In this document: piece after piece, positions 1-13,738 of the stretch
Numbering within the stretch: position 1 is the stretch's first letter
Layout of the letters: every line of letters begins with the position of its first letter
Assembly (NCBI GenBank): GCA_951406725.2
Contig: OX597818.1
Span: 1,178,001 to 1,242,000 of the forward strand
Length of the DNA: 64,000 nt
From: Octopus vulgaris
Taxonomy: Eukaryota
Direction of reading: 5' to 3'
Notes under the pieces: generated by a model
What the model was told of the DNA's origin: nothing
Database searches by the model: none
What the model saw: only the letters and a program-made list of their open reading frames with translations
Made by a program: the position numbers and the translations under genes

Positions 1-239
1 CAAGCCATTTAGCCGGCTGAAACAAACGGGGTGATCTGCTGGACAATGGCAGATTTGTTGAATATGCCAAAAATGACGTCTGACTGTTGATTTTATTTCA
101 TGAAGACAAATTACAAATGTAAAAAAATGATGAGATAATAATTAAAAAATACAACACTGGCAAATAATACAAACATAATATACACGCTATCATAATATAT
201 ATTCACAACCAGAATATATACACAAACAATCTTTTGTCT

Positions 240-620
240 TTTATCCTTTACCTCTTTCAGTCATTAGACTGGAGCCATGCTGGGGCACCGCTTTGAATAA
301 TTTTTAGTCGAATGAATCGTTCGTAAAATTTATTTCTGAAACCTGATATTTATTCTACCGACCTTGTTTTTTCGAGCTGCTAAATCACGGGGACATAAAC
401 ATACCAACACCAGTTGTCAAGCGGTGGTGGAGGGATAAACACACGCACACACATGCACACACGCACACACACGTACACACACAAATACGACGAGCTTCTT
501 TCAGTTTGTCGACCCAAGACTACAGTAGAAGAAACTTGCCCAAGGAGACACGCAGTGGGACTTAACCCGGAAGCATATGATTGGGAAGCAAGTTTCTTAC
601 CACACAGCCACGCCTGCGCA
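240..620 (-). mobile_element. tRNA-derived SINE (family A), degenerate copy with internal (CA)n
   Basis: Homologous to 9580-9985 and 31905-32370. The minus strand starts GCGCAGGCGTGGCTGTGTGGTAAG (A-box-like) and ends in a GACTGAAA..GTAAA tail. Confidence 0.75.
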
Positions 621-2299
621 TATATAGACAATCATAGCATAAACATATGGAGGTGACTTCAGTCGTTTGACGATGAGGCTTCGGTTGTTCGATCAATTAA
701 ATTATCTGCTCTTGGAGTACCATGTAAGTAGCAGAGCATTCTATAGACACGTGTACCTTTAACATATGTATCTAGTCCAAGCGAAGCATTACCAGTTTGA
801 ATCAGCATAACAGTATGTGAAAAGCTGTACCTTTTGAATTACAGGCAAAATCCAACTGATGGCCTTCTGTATAGTTTCTGTCTACCCAAGTTCACCCATA
901 AGGTTAAGTGTGACATCATACATTTACCCAAGATACCACGTGTCTCATGGTCATGAAACAAACTTCTTAATCATTTGGCCAAACTATATCTACACAACAT
1001 AATTCTACTATATTGTTTGTTTCTTTAGGTTAACCTTCCTTCAGTGGAACTTTGATCAAAGACATTACAGCCGCGACCATCCTGTTTATTCCCCCTCCCC
1101 TTTATGCACGCTGTTATGAAACGGTATGTCCTTTAGTTATGAAGATGTCAGCGTGTTTCTAGTGGGCTATTTGATGGCGTGAAGGCTCCTTCATTTGCTC
1201 ATATAATTCAACGTTATAATCACTGATCCCACCCGCAGACACCCACTCAGATATACACACTGACACCATCCATATCTAAACCCATGCAGATATTTGTATA
1301 GACTATTTATACTTGTGTCAATAGAGAACTTAATTTTTTTATTTTATTCCAAAACTTAATGATATTTATTTATCTATATTAATTTAATTCATAAAGTTAT
1401 TCCTACTTTTATTATTTAGATGTTTCAAATGCATTTATTTTATAGTATTATTTTACCTTGTGTTCGAATACTTGCAACAGCTATGTCACAAATATCAGCT
1501 GGTGGCCCTTAACCAGACACGACAATTTAAGTCAAATGCAAAAGATTATTAACATTTAAAATTTATTCGCACACACACGTGCACACACACGTGCACACAC
1601 ACGCACATACATGAATGTATAAATATGAATCAAATTGTTAATACACACATATCTAAAGGCAGACACAGACACACACAGGGACAGAGATAGGCTTCAGATG
1701 TGCGTTAATGTATGTATATGTGTGTGTCTTAGTTTATGTATGTAACTTCCCCAACAGTGACACGCGACGATATTGAAAGTTTACTTGTGGCCTGGACTTT
1801 AAACGATCAACGTTCACTTTCAAGTACTACCAACATGGAGATTTAACACAGCTCACAAAACTCGCAAATATATCTGTAAAAAATGTTATTCTGGTCATAA
1901 CAAATTCGGCTCTTTCAATATAGTTACAGAAATGTTATTCCACCCCTTCTAACCAGTTTGAAGATATTGTATTTTTAACAGTCCTTGTATTCCTCCTATG
2001 CTTCTTCATCACTGTATCAACGCCACAGGATTTCAATCGTGAATTTTATAAAATTTAGTACATGTTCCAAATAAATGTTGGCTTTCTGTACTTTCTTACT
2101 TTGGTGACGCATATTACCTTTCGCTAAATTGATAACTTTCCATTTTTTAAAAGCATAACTATGTTACAGAAAGTATGTTTTGCACCTATATTGACTTTGC
2201 TTGAACTTCGTGTGTGTACGTTTTGCTGCTTTCAATATTATTAATTGTATGAGTGTGTGTGTTTCTGTATCCGTTATGCCTATAGTAAACTATAGTAAA

Positions 2300-2880
2300 G
2301 AACATTTTACGCTGTTTTATTGATTCCACATCTAATGAAGTAGCCATCCTTATGGTTGGTGATCCCCATGAAAATCATGATATTCTCATTCGTGTTCCAG
2401 ATATCAACCTTAAACGTGTTTCACAGACTCATCCCTCTTATGATGTTCTCCAGTATACTCTTATTCTGTTGAATGGACAAGATGGGTATCGTTTCAATAT
2501 TCCACGGATTGAACCTGCAACAGGATAGCCAATTACAAACAAAAAGGTGTCGTCAAATGACTTCTATTCTTATTTCTTTATTGCCCATAAGGGGCTAAAC
2601 ATAGAGGGGACAAACAAGAACAGACAAACGGATTAAGTCGATTATATCGACCCTAGTGCGTAACTGGTACTTAATTTATCGACCCCGAAAAGGATGAAAG
2701 GCAAAGTCGACCTTGGCGGAATTTGAACGTAACGGCAGACGAAATACCGCTAAGCAATTCGCCCGGCCTGCTAACGTTTCTGCTAACTCGTCGCCAAATG
2801 ATTTCTATTCTTACCAACTGATGATATGACCAGAACAATCAAATCAATTACACATGTTAAATAAACTTTATTTCCATTTA
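2300..2880 (+). mobile_element. Helitron Rep/helicase coding relic, interrupted by a SINE
   Basis: Manual translation from ~2334 gives NEVAILMVGDPHENHDILIRVPDINLKRVSQTHPSYDVLQYTLILLNGQDGYRFNIP, and across the SINE KKVSSNDFYSYQLMI. This resembles the Helitron N-terminal motifs EVA..IVG / HxSYDxLQYP / FYxYxL. Confidence 0.75.
2573..2795 (-). mobile_element. SINE (family B) with ~19-bp target-site duplication
   Basis: Flanked by CAAATGACTTCTATTCTTA (2554-2572) and CAAATGATTTCTATTCTTA (2795-2813). The minus strand starts GGCGACGAGTTAGCAGAAACG and has a GTTCAAATTCC B-box. Homologous to 27920-28135 and 57595-57775. Confidence 0.85.
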
Positions 2881-4737
2881 CATATTTTCTATGTTATCTC
2901 AACAACCAGTTATAGTTATTTCAAATACACTTCTCTACAATGACCAGCTTTCATTAGAAAATGAAAATAGTTTCACACTTTCAATTTGAACCAAAATTAC
3001 AAAGTGTTGCATTACGAGAGTGATGATGTGTAAATAATGAAAGTAATGTTTCTCCGAATTAGTCACATCTGTATTACAATAAAGACAGCTGCTTATTATC
3101 TATCTACCAAATAAACTGTTTTTGACTCAACAACTCCTTTTTTTACAACTAAAATAACCTCGGCAACTAGGTTGGGTCGCACTATTTTGAGGTCATTTTC
3201 GGACAATATTTCGATTTGCTTCTAATGTTTCACTTTCGTCCGAGTTTCACGCATGCGTAGAATTCTACTTAGACAAACATTAATGAAAACGTACGCATAA
3301 ATATTGTATTGAAATACGTCACAACCAAAAAATGCATTAAAAGACATCCATATTTCTATATGTTATGACGAAATACAATCACATACACACACTCTCTCTC
3401 ACACACAAACAAGATGTATGCATATGTATTTATGGGCGAAGGTAAAGGATACACACTCCCGGTGTTTAGGATTAGGGATAAGGTTACGTAGAAAACGGGT
3501 AGTGTGCCTATTTAGAGAGAGAGAGAGAGAGAGAGTGAGTGCCACTTACATATAGATGCAAAACATATCATACATTAAAACACACACCTTCACTCACTCA
3601 CTCTCTCTTTCTCTCCCTCTCCCTATCTCACACGTCCATTTCATATATACGTTCATCTTACAGTTTCTCTTCTCACTTCAAAGCAAATCTCGTCTTTTCA
3701 CTTTATCCTCTCTTTCAATTTCTGCACTCTTCAAAGCTTACAGAAATTAAAACAATTTTACGGAAATTAACGAGCAATCATATGATCCTATATATGTCGA
3801 GTTTACAACTTTGCTTCTTCAAACGAAAGAATTCCTTAAGATAACTTCCTTTGACACACATACACACACTCTAGGTAAAACTTGTACGAATTATGTTATT
3901 TTTTGCAGTGTTCACGTACAAATTTACTGCTCAAATCCAATTGAAATGATCTTTTTCTATTGTGTAATTTGTGTTTGTGATGAGCGTATTTAAAAACCTG
4001 ATCTTCGATATGAACCTAAAAGGAAGTTTTTTCAGAAATCCTGTCCTTTACCTCTTCTTTCTAGCATGTCCGAGGTGTCATTTCCATCTCGCCTTGTTTT
4101 GTTTTCTGAAATTTCTTTCGATTCCTATGTTTGCGATACAGGAAATTAGCTTTTCACCACAAAACAGGTTCTCAATATTTTATTTTTCTCCCTCTACACA
4201 CCAAATTCATCTTTTACTTGTTTCAAATTTTTATTCTTGGTAATCCACGGAGAAAAAAAAGAGTACGCGTCTTTAAAAATTTTATCCATTACCTCAGCAC
4301 TTTCAAAATACTACACACTCACAATGTTTCACTCTTTGAAAAACAGGGATGTTTCTTCAGAAATAATCTCGTTTACCTATTTTTTTCTAGCATGTCGGGT
4401 TTTCTGGTGGTGATCTGGTATTTTTTAAGTCTACTATTTTCGTAGAATTCTACGCATATCAGACAAAAGTGAAAGATTGGGAGAGTTTAGCTATTTGAAA
4501 GCTGGTAGATGTGATGGAAGGGCGAAGTTGGGGAAGGGACATTGAGTGTTTCTTTAAGAAAAATTAAACTATAAAAGATATATACATATATATTTCCCAG
4601 TTTCGTAATCTCAGATTTTTCTGCGTAGATAACAAAAAAGAAAAGAAAAAATTCGAAATGGCATGACGCAAGTTTGGTTTCATTGACGGTAATGAAACAA
4701 TAAAGGCACTTAGCTAACTCAATTCTTTCATATTTTG

Positions 4738-4789
<52 letters not shown>

Positions 4790-4796
4790 GTATGTA

Positions 4797-6080
4797 CGAG
4801 GGGCGTTCAATAACAAATGCCCCTGAACCACTTCCCATAGCAGTAGAGCAACGAAACTTAGAACAGTTATTAGTCTTTTTCTACATAGGAACCACCCAGA
4901 GTTACGCATTTCTCCCATCGTTTGATGCGGCTCTGGAGACCGTTTTTGTAGAAGACCCCAGCTTGGTCCTCCAACCACGACGTGACTTCAGAAATCAAGG
5001 CTGTATCATCTGGGAAACGCTTTCCTTTCAAAAACAACTTCATGGCTGGGAAGAGGTGAAAATCAGAGGGTGCAAGGTCAGGAGAGTAGGGGGATGAGTT
5101 CATAGCTGCACGCCTGTGCTTCTGATCTGGCGACACGCGAGTTGTGGATCGGAGCGTTGTCCTGCAGGAGGAGGATGCCTTTGCTGATCTTGCCCCGTCT
5201 CTTGATTTTGATAGCTTCTCTTAATTTCCTCAAAAGTGAAGCATAATAGACTCCTGTAATTGTGGCACCCTTTGCCAGGAAATCTGTCTTCACTACTCCG
5301 TCCTGGTCCCAGAAGACTGTAAGCATGACCTTGCGAGCAGAGGGCTGCACCCTTGCCTTCTTTGGAGGAGGTGAGTCACGGTGCTTCCACTGCATTGACT
5401 GGGCTTTGGTCTCTGGATCATAGTGATGGACCCAGGTTTTATCCTATGCAATCAGTCTTTTGAAAAATTTTGACTCATCTTCTTGGCACATCTCCAAATT
5501 CATCCTCGAGCAATCGACGCGTTCTTGCTTCTGGAAAGGTGTGAGCAACCTGGGAATCCATCTGGCAGACACCTTTTGCATATGCAAATGGTCATGAATG
5601 ATAGTTTCCACAGACCCGGTACTAATCTTGACCTCATGGGCTATTTGGCGAATAGTTATGCGTCGATCTTCCAAAATGGCAGCCTCAACTTGACAGACAG
5701 ATGCCTCATCAATGGCAGAAGGGGGCGACCAGATCTGGGAGCTGTTTGCACAGAATTCCGACCATGTTTGAATTCACGGTGCCAGCGTTTTACAAGGTCA
5801 TATGATGGGGCATCATCACCATAAGTTACTTTCATTTCATCAAAAGTCTCCCGTGGTGTGCGTCCTATCATATACAAAAACCGGATTACTGCTCGACACT
5901 CAACATGCTCCATTTCACACTTGACTCAGTTCAAACACCTGTAAATCGGAAACCACAATTAATTCAGAACTGTAATTTGCCACTTAACCTATAGAGATAT
6001 AAATAATTGCACATGCAAAATTTCAGCTAGATCAAACAATTGCAAGTGGGTTAGGGGCATTACTTATTGAACGCCCCTCG
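4797..6080 (-). mobile_element. Full-length mariner (DD34D-type) DNA transposon, 1284 bp, transposase disrupted
   Basis: TIRs CGAGGGGCGTTCAATAA... / ...TTATTGAACGCCCCTCG with TA on both sides (4795-96, 6081-82), inserted in (TATG)n. ORF pieces 5913-4870 contain RAVIRFL, WIPRLL, LLQDNAPIH and YSPDLAPSDFHLF. Confidence 0.95.
4870..5913 (-). pseudogene. Mariner transposase pseudogene (frameshifts and stops)
   Basis: Four ORF pieces (5656-5913, 5444-5674, 5078-5395, 4870-5136) tile a ~345-aa transposase. Confidence 0.9.
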
Positions 6081-7750
6081 TATGTATGTATGTATGTATG
6101 TATGTATGTATGTATGTATGTATGTATGTATGTATGTATGTATGTATGTATGCATGTGTGTGTGTGTGTTTTGCAATGTAACGTAAAATCACGCATACGT
6201 CAGTGTCACTTCACATAGAAAGATGCATGATTAAATTTTCGTATATGCCTTTAGAAGTTTCAAGTTTATTTTAATGGTAAATCTCTTTATACCCCATTTT
6301 ACTTCTTGCCTAAATGTCTTCTATTTTATGCATGTTTTACATTTACCAACATAATTGAATAGAAATATATGGCATTTGTATTGAAACGTAGCTGTAAAAC
6401 TTTATACAAAACTATGGCATGCTATCAAATGCCAGTTGAAATATTTTAAAGCTATTTGTTGCAAATATATTTGAACAATGTCCCTCTTGGTACCCCTGTG
6501 GCTATAATTGAACTATCAGAAATACTGTTTTATGAAAACCTATTATTAACGTGGCTGAACCGTTTAGCTCACCTTTACCTAATGCGAATATTTATATTCT
6601 TTTCTCTGGAAGTCAACACTTGCAAGTAGCAACGGGTGTAGTGTATAGGAAAACATTTGAAACTATATTTTATTTAATACATACTGAATTTAAATAACAA
6701 TTATATAAGTTATGAGCCTGAATATATTTTAAAGGTTTATGAAGTCATTACTTGGTCATCATCTGTTGATCATTTGTTAGGCAAGTCACTAGTCAGTCAA
6801 ATATTCAAATGGTCAAATTTAGTCAAGTTCAGTTCCACGGAAGATAGATATAATTGATAAGATTATGCAATATCCATCTAGAAACGGTATTAGAGAGAAT
6901 TACATCTCCACCACTAGGGACGTCTTACTAGGACTAGGTTGATTTTCATTAAAATGAGCTATGAGCTTAAATTCTTCTCACCGTCGAATCTATTTCACAT
7001 TAATTCTTTGATTGATCTATGAGTGGAACATCTGTTAAATCTCTCAAAGATTAATTGTAATTAATAAATTGTGGTTACGCTGTCACACAGCTTAACACTT
7101 CCACCTGACTATTGAGTTTATTTAGTAGAGTCCATTCTGTTGCTAGAATTTCGCCCAAGTCTCTGGTCAAATAATAACTTGATATCTGGATGTGAAGTTT
7201 CCAAAAGAATCTTCATGACACAGTGCCACAGACTGTTAGAGTACATGTGAGCTATCCTTCTTTCATGTTTTCTTTTTCTGGCAATGATTACCAGTTGCGC
7301 TATCTACACGAGTCACACCAATATATCACTTGTGTTTTTTCCTTCCTCTACGTATTCTTCGAGGCCTTACAATGACAAGAGACCAATGTCACTTCTACAT
7401 TAATCATAAAACGAAAGTCACCCTGAAATATCAGGTAAAACTATCAGAAAGGCTCAATTCACATATTAACCACCTCTATCCCATTTGTGTATTGGTCAGT
7501 TTTATGATTTTTTAAATGAAATAACAAACACTCTGTCGCAAGAATATTGAAATGCGCGCGCGCAAACACTCAAACGCACACACGAACGCATACACGCACA
7601 CACATAGACACACATCTCCAAATGCATACACACATATACACGCGAGGCACACAAACGCGCACTGATATTTTATATAAAAAATACAGAACTGATTTGAGAT
7701 AGAAGGTCAACGGAAAGAAACAGTAATTCTGAATATACAGGCCACGAAAG

Positions 7751-8824
7751 GTATTCGAGGACACTTAATTATCAGTATATTACTTTTTTCAAACCAATTA
7801 CAAGGTTTTCACTTCTTTCAGAGACCCCTCACCCCCTCACCACAAATGACAAAATAATATAGTTGCAGTTGCCGCGTGTGCGAGACAATGATTTAAAAGT
7901 TGCCAAGGTCTTTTCTACACGAATCAAAGAGACAAAAAGCTTTCTAAGCGCTCGGACACAAGACTCAGCAATTCATCCAATAGGTTCAAAAAATTATTGA
8001 TGATGATCACAGACATTTAATGATAGTCTTCGCCAAAGAACGTCAGGTGTAGAAGTGAACTATCAGAACTGTGGCGCACAAGGACATTCGAATGTACTGA
8101 GAAGCCAATTCATGACTAGAAAGGCACCGGAAAGCCGTTTGATTCGTGCCAACCGGTTACTTAACAAGGTAAAAATCCACATGAACATGGCATGCTTTGG
8201 TTTTTCTCTAGTGAGAAAAACTTCCCAAGATTAAAGGTTAGACAGGGAAACTGAGAGGTGGTTATCTGCAAATCCTTCTGATGTCCCTAAACTGATGCAC
8301 ACTCAGTTTTTGACAACTGTGATGGTTTTAGGAGTGTTGAGTAAGTTCAACCATCTTTCTACAGGATCTAAGATTTAATTCTGCTGGATACGTTGAGGTG
8401 TTGGAGGTTGTTATTAGGCCCTGGATAGATGGTGTACGCAATGGAAAGCCATATAAATTTTATCAAGACTGTACTTTCTTACAAAACCTACCTAACCTAT
8501 TAGATGACAGACAATCTTTACGACCATGTAACACTAAACCTATGGCCTCCAAACTCACCAGGTTTAAATCCCATGAACTACTACGTTTGAAGTATTGTTG
8601 AAATAGAAATTCAGACATCCTTAACAGAAGGCCGCTTTTTTTAATATCATGTCCAAAATGAATAAGGACTAATTCTGGTACTGCATGGAAACAATCATTG
8701 AAGCTGAAGACAAATACAAGGAATAATCTTATAAGACAACTTATTGAGAACATGAGTATAAATGCTTATGAAAATACATTTGATTTCTACTCGGTTAGAG
8801 CTGTTTTATTAAATGCCCCAATAC
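7751..8824 (+). mobile_element. Degenerate Tc1/mariner-superfamily element (maT/DD37D-like)
   Basis: Fragments read GLRFNSAGYVEVLEVVIRPWIDGVRNGKPYKFYQD and WPPNSPGLNPMNYYV (cf. WPPSSPDLNPLDY). Degenerate TIR-like ends: GTATTCGAGGACACTTAAT versus the reverse complement GTATTGGGGCATTTAAT. Confidence 0.65.
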
Positions 8825-8914
8825 GTCTTCAAATACTTCTCTTACCCTGTATACACATATGCACATACATCAATGTATGTATCTATATGTATGTATATAT
8901 GCATGTATACATAC

Positions 8915-9370
8915 ACAAGTGTGACTGTGTGATACAAAGCTTGCTCCCCAACCACATCATTCTGCGTTCATCCCTACCTCGTAGTACTATTGGCAAAAAT
9001 TTTCTACTATAGCACCGAGTAGACTTGTGAGTGCATTTGGTAGACGAAATCTGGAAGAAGCCTGTCGCATACATGTGTGTGTGTATGTGTGTGCGTGCAA
9101 GTGTGTGTATATGTGTATGTATGCGTGCGTCAGAGTGTGTGTGTGTATCTATGTGTATCTATTTGACGTGGGTTTGTGCTTGTATTTTGTTCCCCACCAC
9201 CTCTTGATAAAGGGTGTTGGCTTGTTTGGTTCCCCACAACTTAGTGGTTTGGCGAAAAAGAGTCAGGCTTAAGAAATAAGAACTGAAGTTGATTTTAATC
9301 GACTAAAAACTTCAAGACGGTGCTCCCAGCACGGCCACAATCTAATGACTGAAACAAGTAAGAGAATAAG
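8915..9370 (+). mobile_element. tRNA-derived SINE (family A), degenerate
   Basis: GTGACTGTGTGATAC..., TTGGCAAAAA, internal (GT)n and tail ATGACTGAAACAAGTAAGAG. It is the reverse-complement homolog of 9580-9985. Confidence 0.75.
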
Positions 9371-9379
9371 AATATACAC

Positions 9380-9417
<38 letters not shown>

Positions 9418-9519
9418 ACACACACACACACATAGAAACAGTATTATTTCTAATATGTATAATATCTCATCTCTTATCTAGGCCGTCCCTGTATATATAT
9501 GCATGTAGGTCTATGTGTG

Positions 9520-9550
<31 letters not shown>

Positions 9551-9579
9551 GTAATATATATATATGTATGTATAAATAT

Positions 9580-9790
9580 ATCTTTTACTCTTTTACTTGT
9601 TTCAGTCATTTGACTGCGGCCATGCTGGAGCACCGCCTTTAGTCGAGCAAATCGACCACGGGACTTATTCTTTGTAAGCCCAGTACTTATTCTATCGGTC
9701 TCTTTTGCCGAACCGCTAAGTGACGGGGACGTAAACACACCAGCATCGGTTGTCAAGCAATGCTAGGGAGACAAACACAGACACACAAAC

Positions 9791-9825
<35 letters not shown>

Positions 9826-9982
9826 ACAGGCTTCTTTCAGTTTGTCTACCAAATCCACTCACAAGGCATTGGTCGGCCCGGGGCTATAGCAGAAGACACT
9901 TGCCCAAGATGGCACGTAGTGGAACTGAACCCGGAACCATGTGGTTGGTTAGCAAGCTACTTACCACACAGCCACTCCTGCG

Positions 9983-9985
<3 letters not shown>
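9580..9985 (-). mobile_element. tRNA-derived SINE (family A), well preserved
   Basis: Minus strand AGGCGCAGGAGTGGCTGTGTGGTAAG (A box)...GGTTCAGTTCC (B box)...TTGGGCAAGTG, internal (TA)n/(TG)n, and tail GACTGAAACAAGTAAAAGAGTAAAAGA. Confidence 0.9.
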
Positions 9986-10044
<59 letters not shown>

Positions 10045-10066
10045 CAATATATATATATATATACAT

Positions 10067-10116
<50 letters not shown>

Positions 10117-10568
10117 CAAACGCATATACATATACACATGCACACACATTAATATTACGCACGCTCACACATACACAGGCGTGTGTGTATATGCCAAATG
10201 TAAATTCCTTTTCAAAAAGTCATTTTTTTGTCATATCGTAAACAAACATGGGTGCAATGTTCAGCAGTGACAAGTAGTCAATAAAACCGCATTATAACTT
10301 CAAATTTTTTAGGTATTGGTGCGCTGGAGACAGCGTTACCGTCTCCAGCGATAGTTTGTAGAGACGGAGACAGAATCAAAATTTATTGGATTCACCTATT
10401 ATTAGTTGCTAGGCGAGGTGTTTGATCCTATATTTATATACATGCATCAAAGAAAAAGTTGTTATTAGAATATACTAAACCTACATTCAACAAAAACTTA
10501 CTGACAAAGAGTGTGTGTCTATAAATATACACATATATATATATATATCGCCAACGGTACACACGAGG

Positions 10569-10676
<108 letters not shown>

Positions 10677-13665
10677 GTAAGTGTCTAAAATGACAGCAAA
10701 TTCTTCATTTACAAGAAAGATAATGTTGATGAGTTAATATCAATTAATATCTGTTAAAACCAGTTGCCTCTCTGAAATTTAAAGACTTCGACCAAAGAGA
10801 TTAGTTTTGCTGTTGTATTTAATGGCCAGAAAATCATGACAATAAATGTGTCATGTTTCTCGTCGTTGTATATCTTTTTTCATACTTCGCTCTCTGACAC
10901 ACATCTGGAAAAGATTTTCGCTATGTAGTTTAGTTATGTAAATCTATGTCGCAAACAAGATGTAGTCGTTTCAACAGTTCTCTCGAGTGGAATCAGAATT
11001 TTGTGCCAGTATCATTTCACAAAATATAACATTATTGGGAACTCTACTGCTTCTCATCATGCTACAAAAGTTTCGAATGCAATAGCAGTGTGAAGACAAT
11101 ATATTTAGCACTTGGTCACTTTCCAGAACTTCCTTCATGACGTGATCGCGCCTCTTGTTGAAAATCGACGTCAGTAATTATTAGCTGACGTTCTCGAGAA
11201 GATTGACTTAGCAGCAGTAAATAAAGAAGTCTCCAACACAATACATCAAGATTAGGATGGAGACTGGTCGGTATACTTCGGTCATCTTATTTCAGTGTAA
11301 TCGAGGGTTCAACCGAACTGTGCAAAAGAATGACTGACCATTTGGTAGGTGACTAGTGGAGCGGGTGGCTCTCTATTAAACGACAATTGATTATTTGCTA
11401 GGTAACAAGTGTTGTCATTATTTTTTATAGACGCTGTCAAGATGTATAAAGTATTTTACTGTACTGAGCGAGGCATCGTTCGATATTAAGTATTTGGCAG
11501 AGGTATTTAATATTTAAAAAAAATAGTGGTTAGGTCTTTTAGATGCTGAAGAAGTTACGAAAAAGTCAACAAAGGATCACTTTTTGTATTCTCTCTTAAG
11601 TCAATAAATTGTGAGTATATTATCAGGTAGGGTGGTCAAGTGGACGTTCTCTCTTTGGCCTTATAAAGAGTAAATTGAAGAGAGTGAGTCGTCGTATTGG
11701 GATGTTGTCAGTGTCGAGGTGGATGTCGAGTTATGAATATAAATATCATGAACTTAATCTCATTTCATTGAAAATTATAGAAAATATTGCATTGGTTAAT
11801 GATTACAAGGAAATGTGTGGATGAATCGAAGTGAACTAGTGTCTTCCGGAGTATATCACATCTAGCTTTTGTAAAAATGTTACGTCCAGAACTATGTTCT
11901 GTTTCCAACTCTGTAATACGCAGTTTGGTTGAAAAAATTGTATTAGTGGTTCTATTGGCCTTAAGTTTCGTTCAAGCAGGTTTTGCTTTGTAGACGATGG
12001 TGTGAGTTGTTCAGTAAAAACTGTGTGGACTATTCTGGTAATAAACAATAAAGCGATACCTGGGTAACTGGAATCGCTTCCTTTGTTCTTATTAAGAGAA
12101 AGGAAGATTGCATCCGTAAATTCCAGCTATCCTCCCATTACTTGGATTACCACGGTTAATGGTAATGTCAACAGTCATATAATCCTTGTTTCAGATTTGA
12201 TGTATCTAGGAACTGTTACTTATAATTTTTGTCTCGTCCAGCCTCTGAGAGAACACAAGAGAGAAATATTGTTCTTGTTGAGATTTTCTCCCTAAACAGA
12301 CTCTTCTCATCTCTTTTGACAAGGAATTTGAAATCTTATATTCAGCTAATTTTCAATAATTATAGATTGTTTACACAGACTCTGGAATTAATTGGTGGGG
12401 GTTGTGGGGTCGAGACTAACACATCGATGTAATTGTACTTGTATACAATATATGCCTGAGTTCGACTGGGAATCAAGCCTTTACACGCACACACACAAAC
12501 ACACGCACACACACACACCCACACACAAACACACACACACATACACACACTATTACACACTCTCGCACACATCCAGAAATTTATTGATAATCAAAGCGTT
12601 TTTGACGAGAATTCGATTATTTTTTATTAACAATTCAAGGTGTTACTATTGTTTAGCCCTAGTTCAGTACCGATTGAGAACACCTATAGTCGAAAGGTAT
12701 TCCAATCATGCCTATCTTGCCTTTTTCAGGATTTCTTTACTCTGGAATATATTACCTATAGTAACCATTTTAAAAGACGGTTGGGTGTATTTTGAAGAAG
12801 CTTTAGCTGTCATTTCTATCAGTTCGAGGGAACACATTGTTTCCAAATAGCCTAGGAGAAGCTCTTTCATTGGCTCTTTATCTACATTCAGTGTCCGTTA
12901 ATGTTGGGTCCCAAACAAGGTTGACAAGTATTCTTTTTCTTATATTTTTAAGTAAATAGTTTGATAGTTAACCACAGATCACTAAACATAAGTATGGAAT
13001 AAAGCAAGAGTCAAATCACACATAAAAATTATACGTGAGGTATGCGTTATAATTTTCACTAAATCATAGTTTGCTCTCAACAACTTCGACACCCTTATAC
13101 AATTACTGAACTATTCATGCAGACAGTAATCATAAGAACAAGGACAGTTTCATGTTTGTCAACATAGACTACTCTCAGTGTACAAACATCATATAAGAAG
13201 TTATTGTTTACCTGACCCATTATTCTTCATGGTAAGAGATGTCCATTTTATTTGCTTAGAGAAATCGAGTTTGCTGTTATTACGCTGGCGTATATTATTA
13301 CTCCGGTTAAGACTTTGCATAAAACAGGTGTCTCTATTGTAAGAGAGAAGTGAGCTAATGTGTATTGAAAACTGTTCTTTTGCCCTTCAAGGATTGAGAA
13401 TATATTGGAAAAGATTTAACGAAACATGAATCTATACAAGTCTGCACGCTACCTCACTTACCTCACGCCTTAAGGTTCTCTAAGAAACTCGTCAACAGAT
13501 TGGGAGAAATTGATGATTAAAAAACACGTGAGAAATTATTGAAATCTACAAATATTTTTACTGTACAACTTATAATCAATTTGTGAAGAAGCCACATATC
13601 ACATTACAGTAAAACATCAGCATTTGGGCGGAGACACGACGTACAACATCGAAACAAAATTACTA

Positions 13666-13737
<72 letters not shown>

Positions 13738-13738
<1 letters not shown>

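Noticed and set aside
10324-10352. 10-bp-stem hairpin CGCTGGAGAC-N9-GTCTCCAGCG
   Set aside because: A single isolated hairpin with no second copy or element boundary to give it meaning.
10700-13600. Possible decayed transposase or host exons in non-repetitive sequence
   Set aside because: No recognisable motif in any frame I could read; needs BLASTx.
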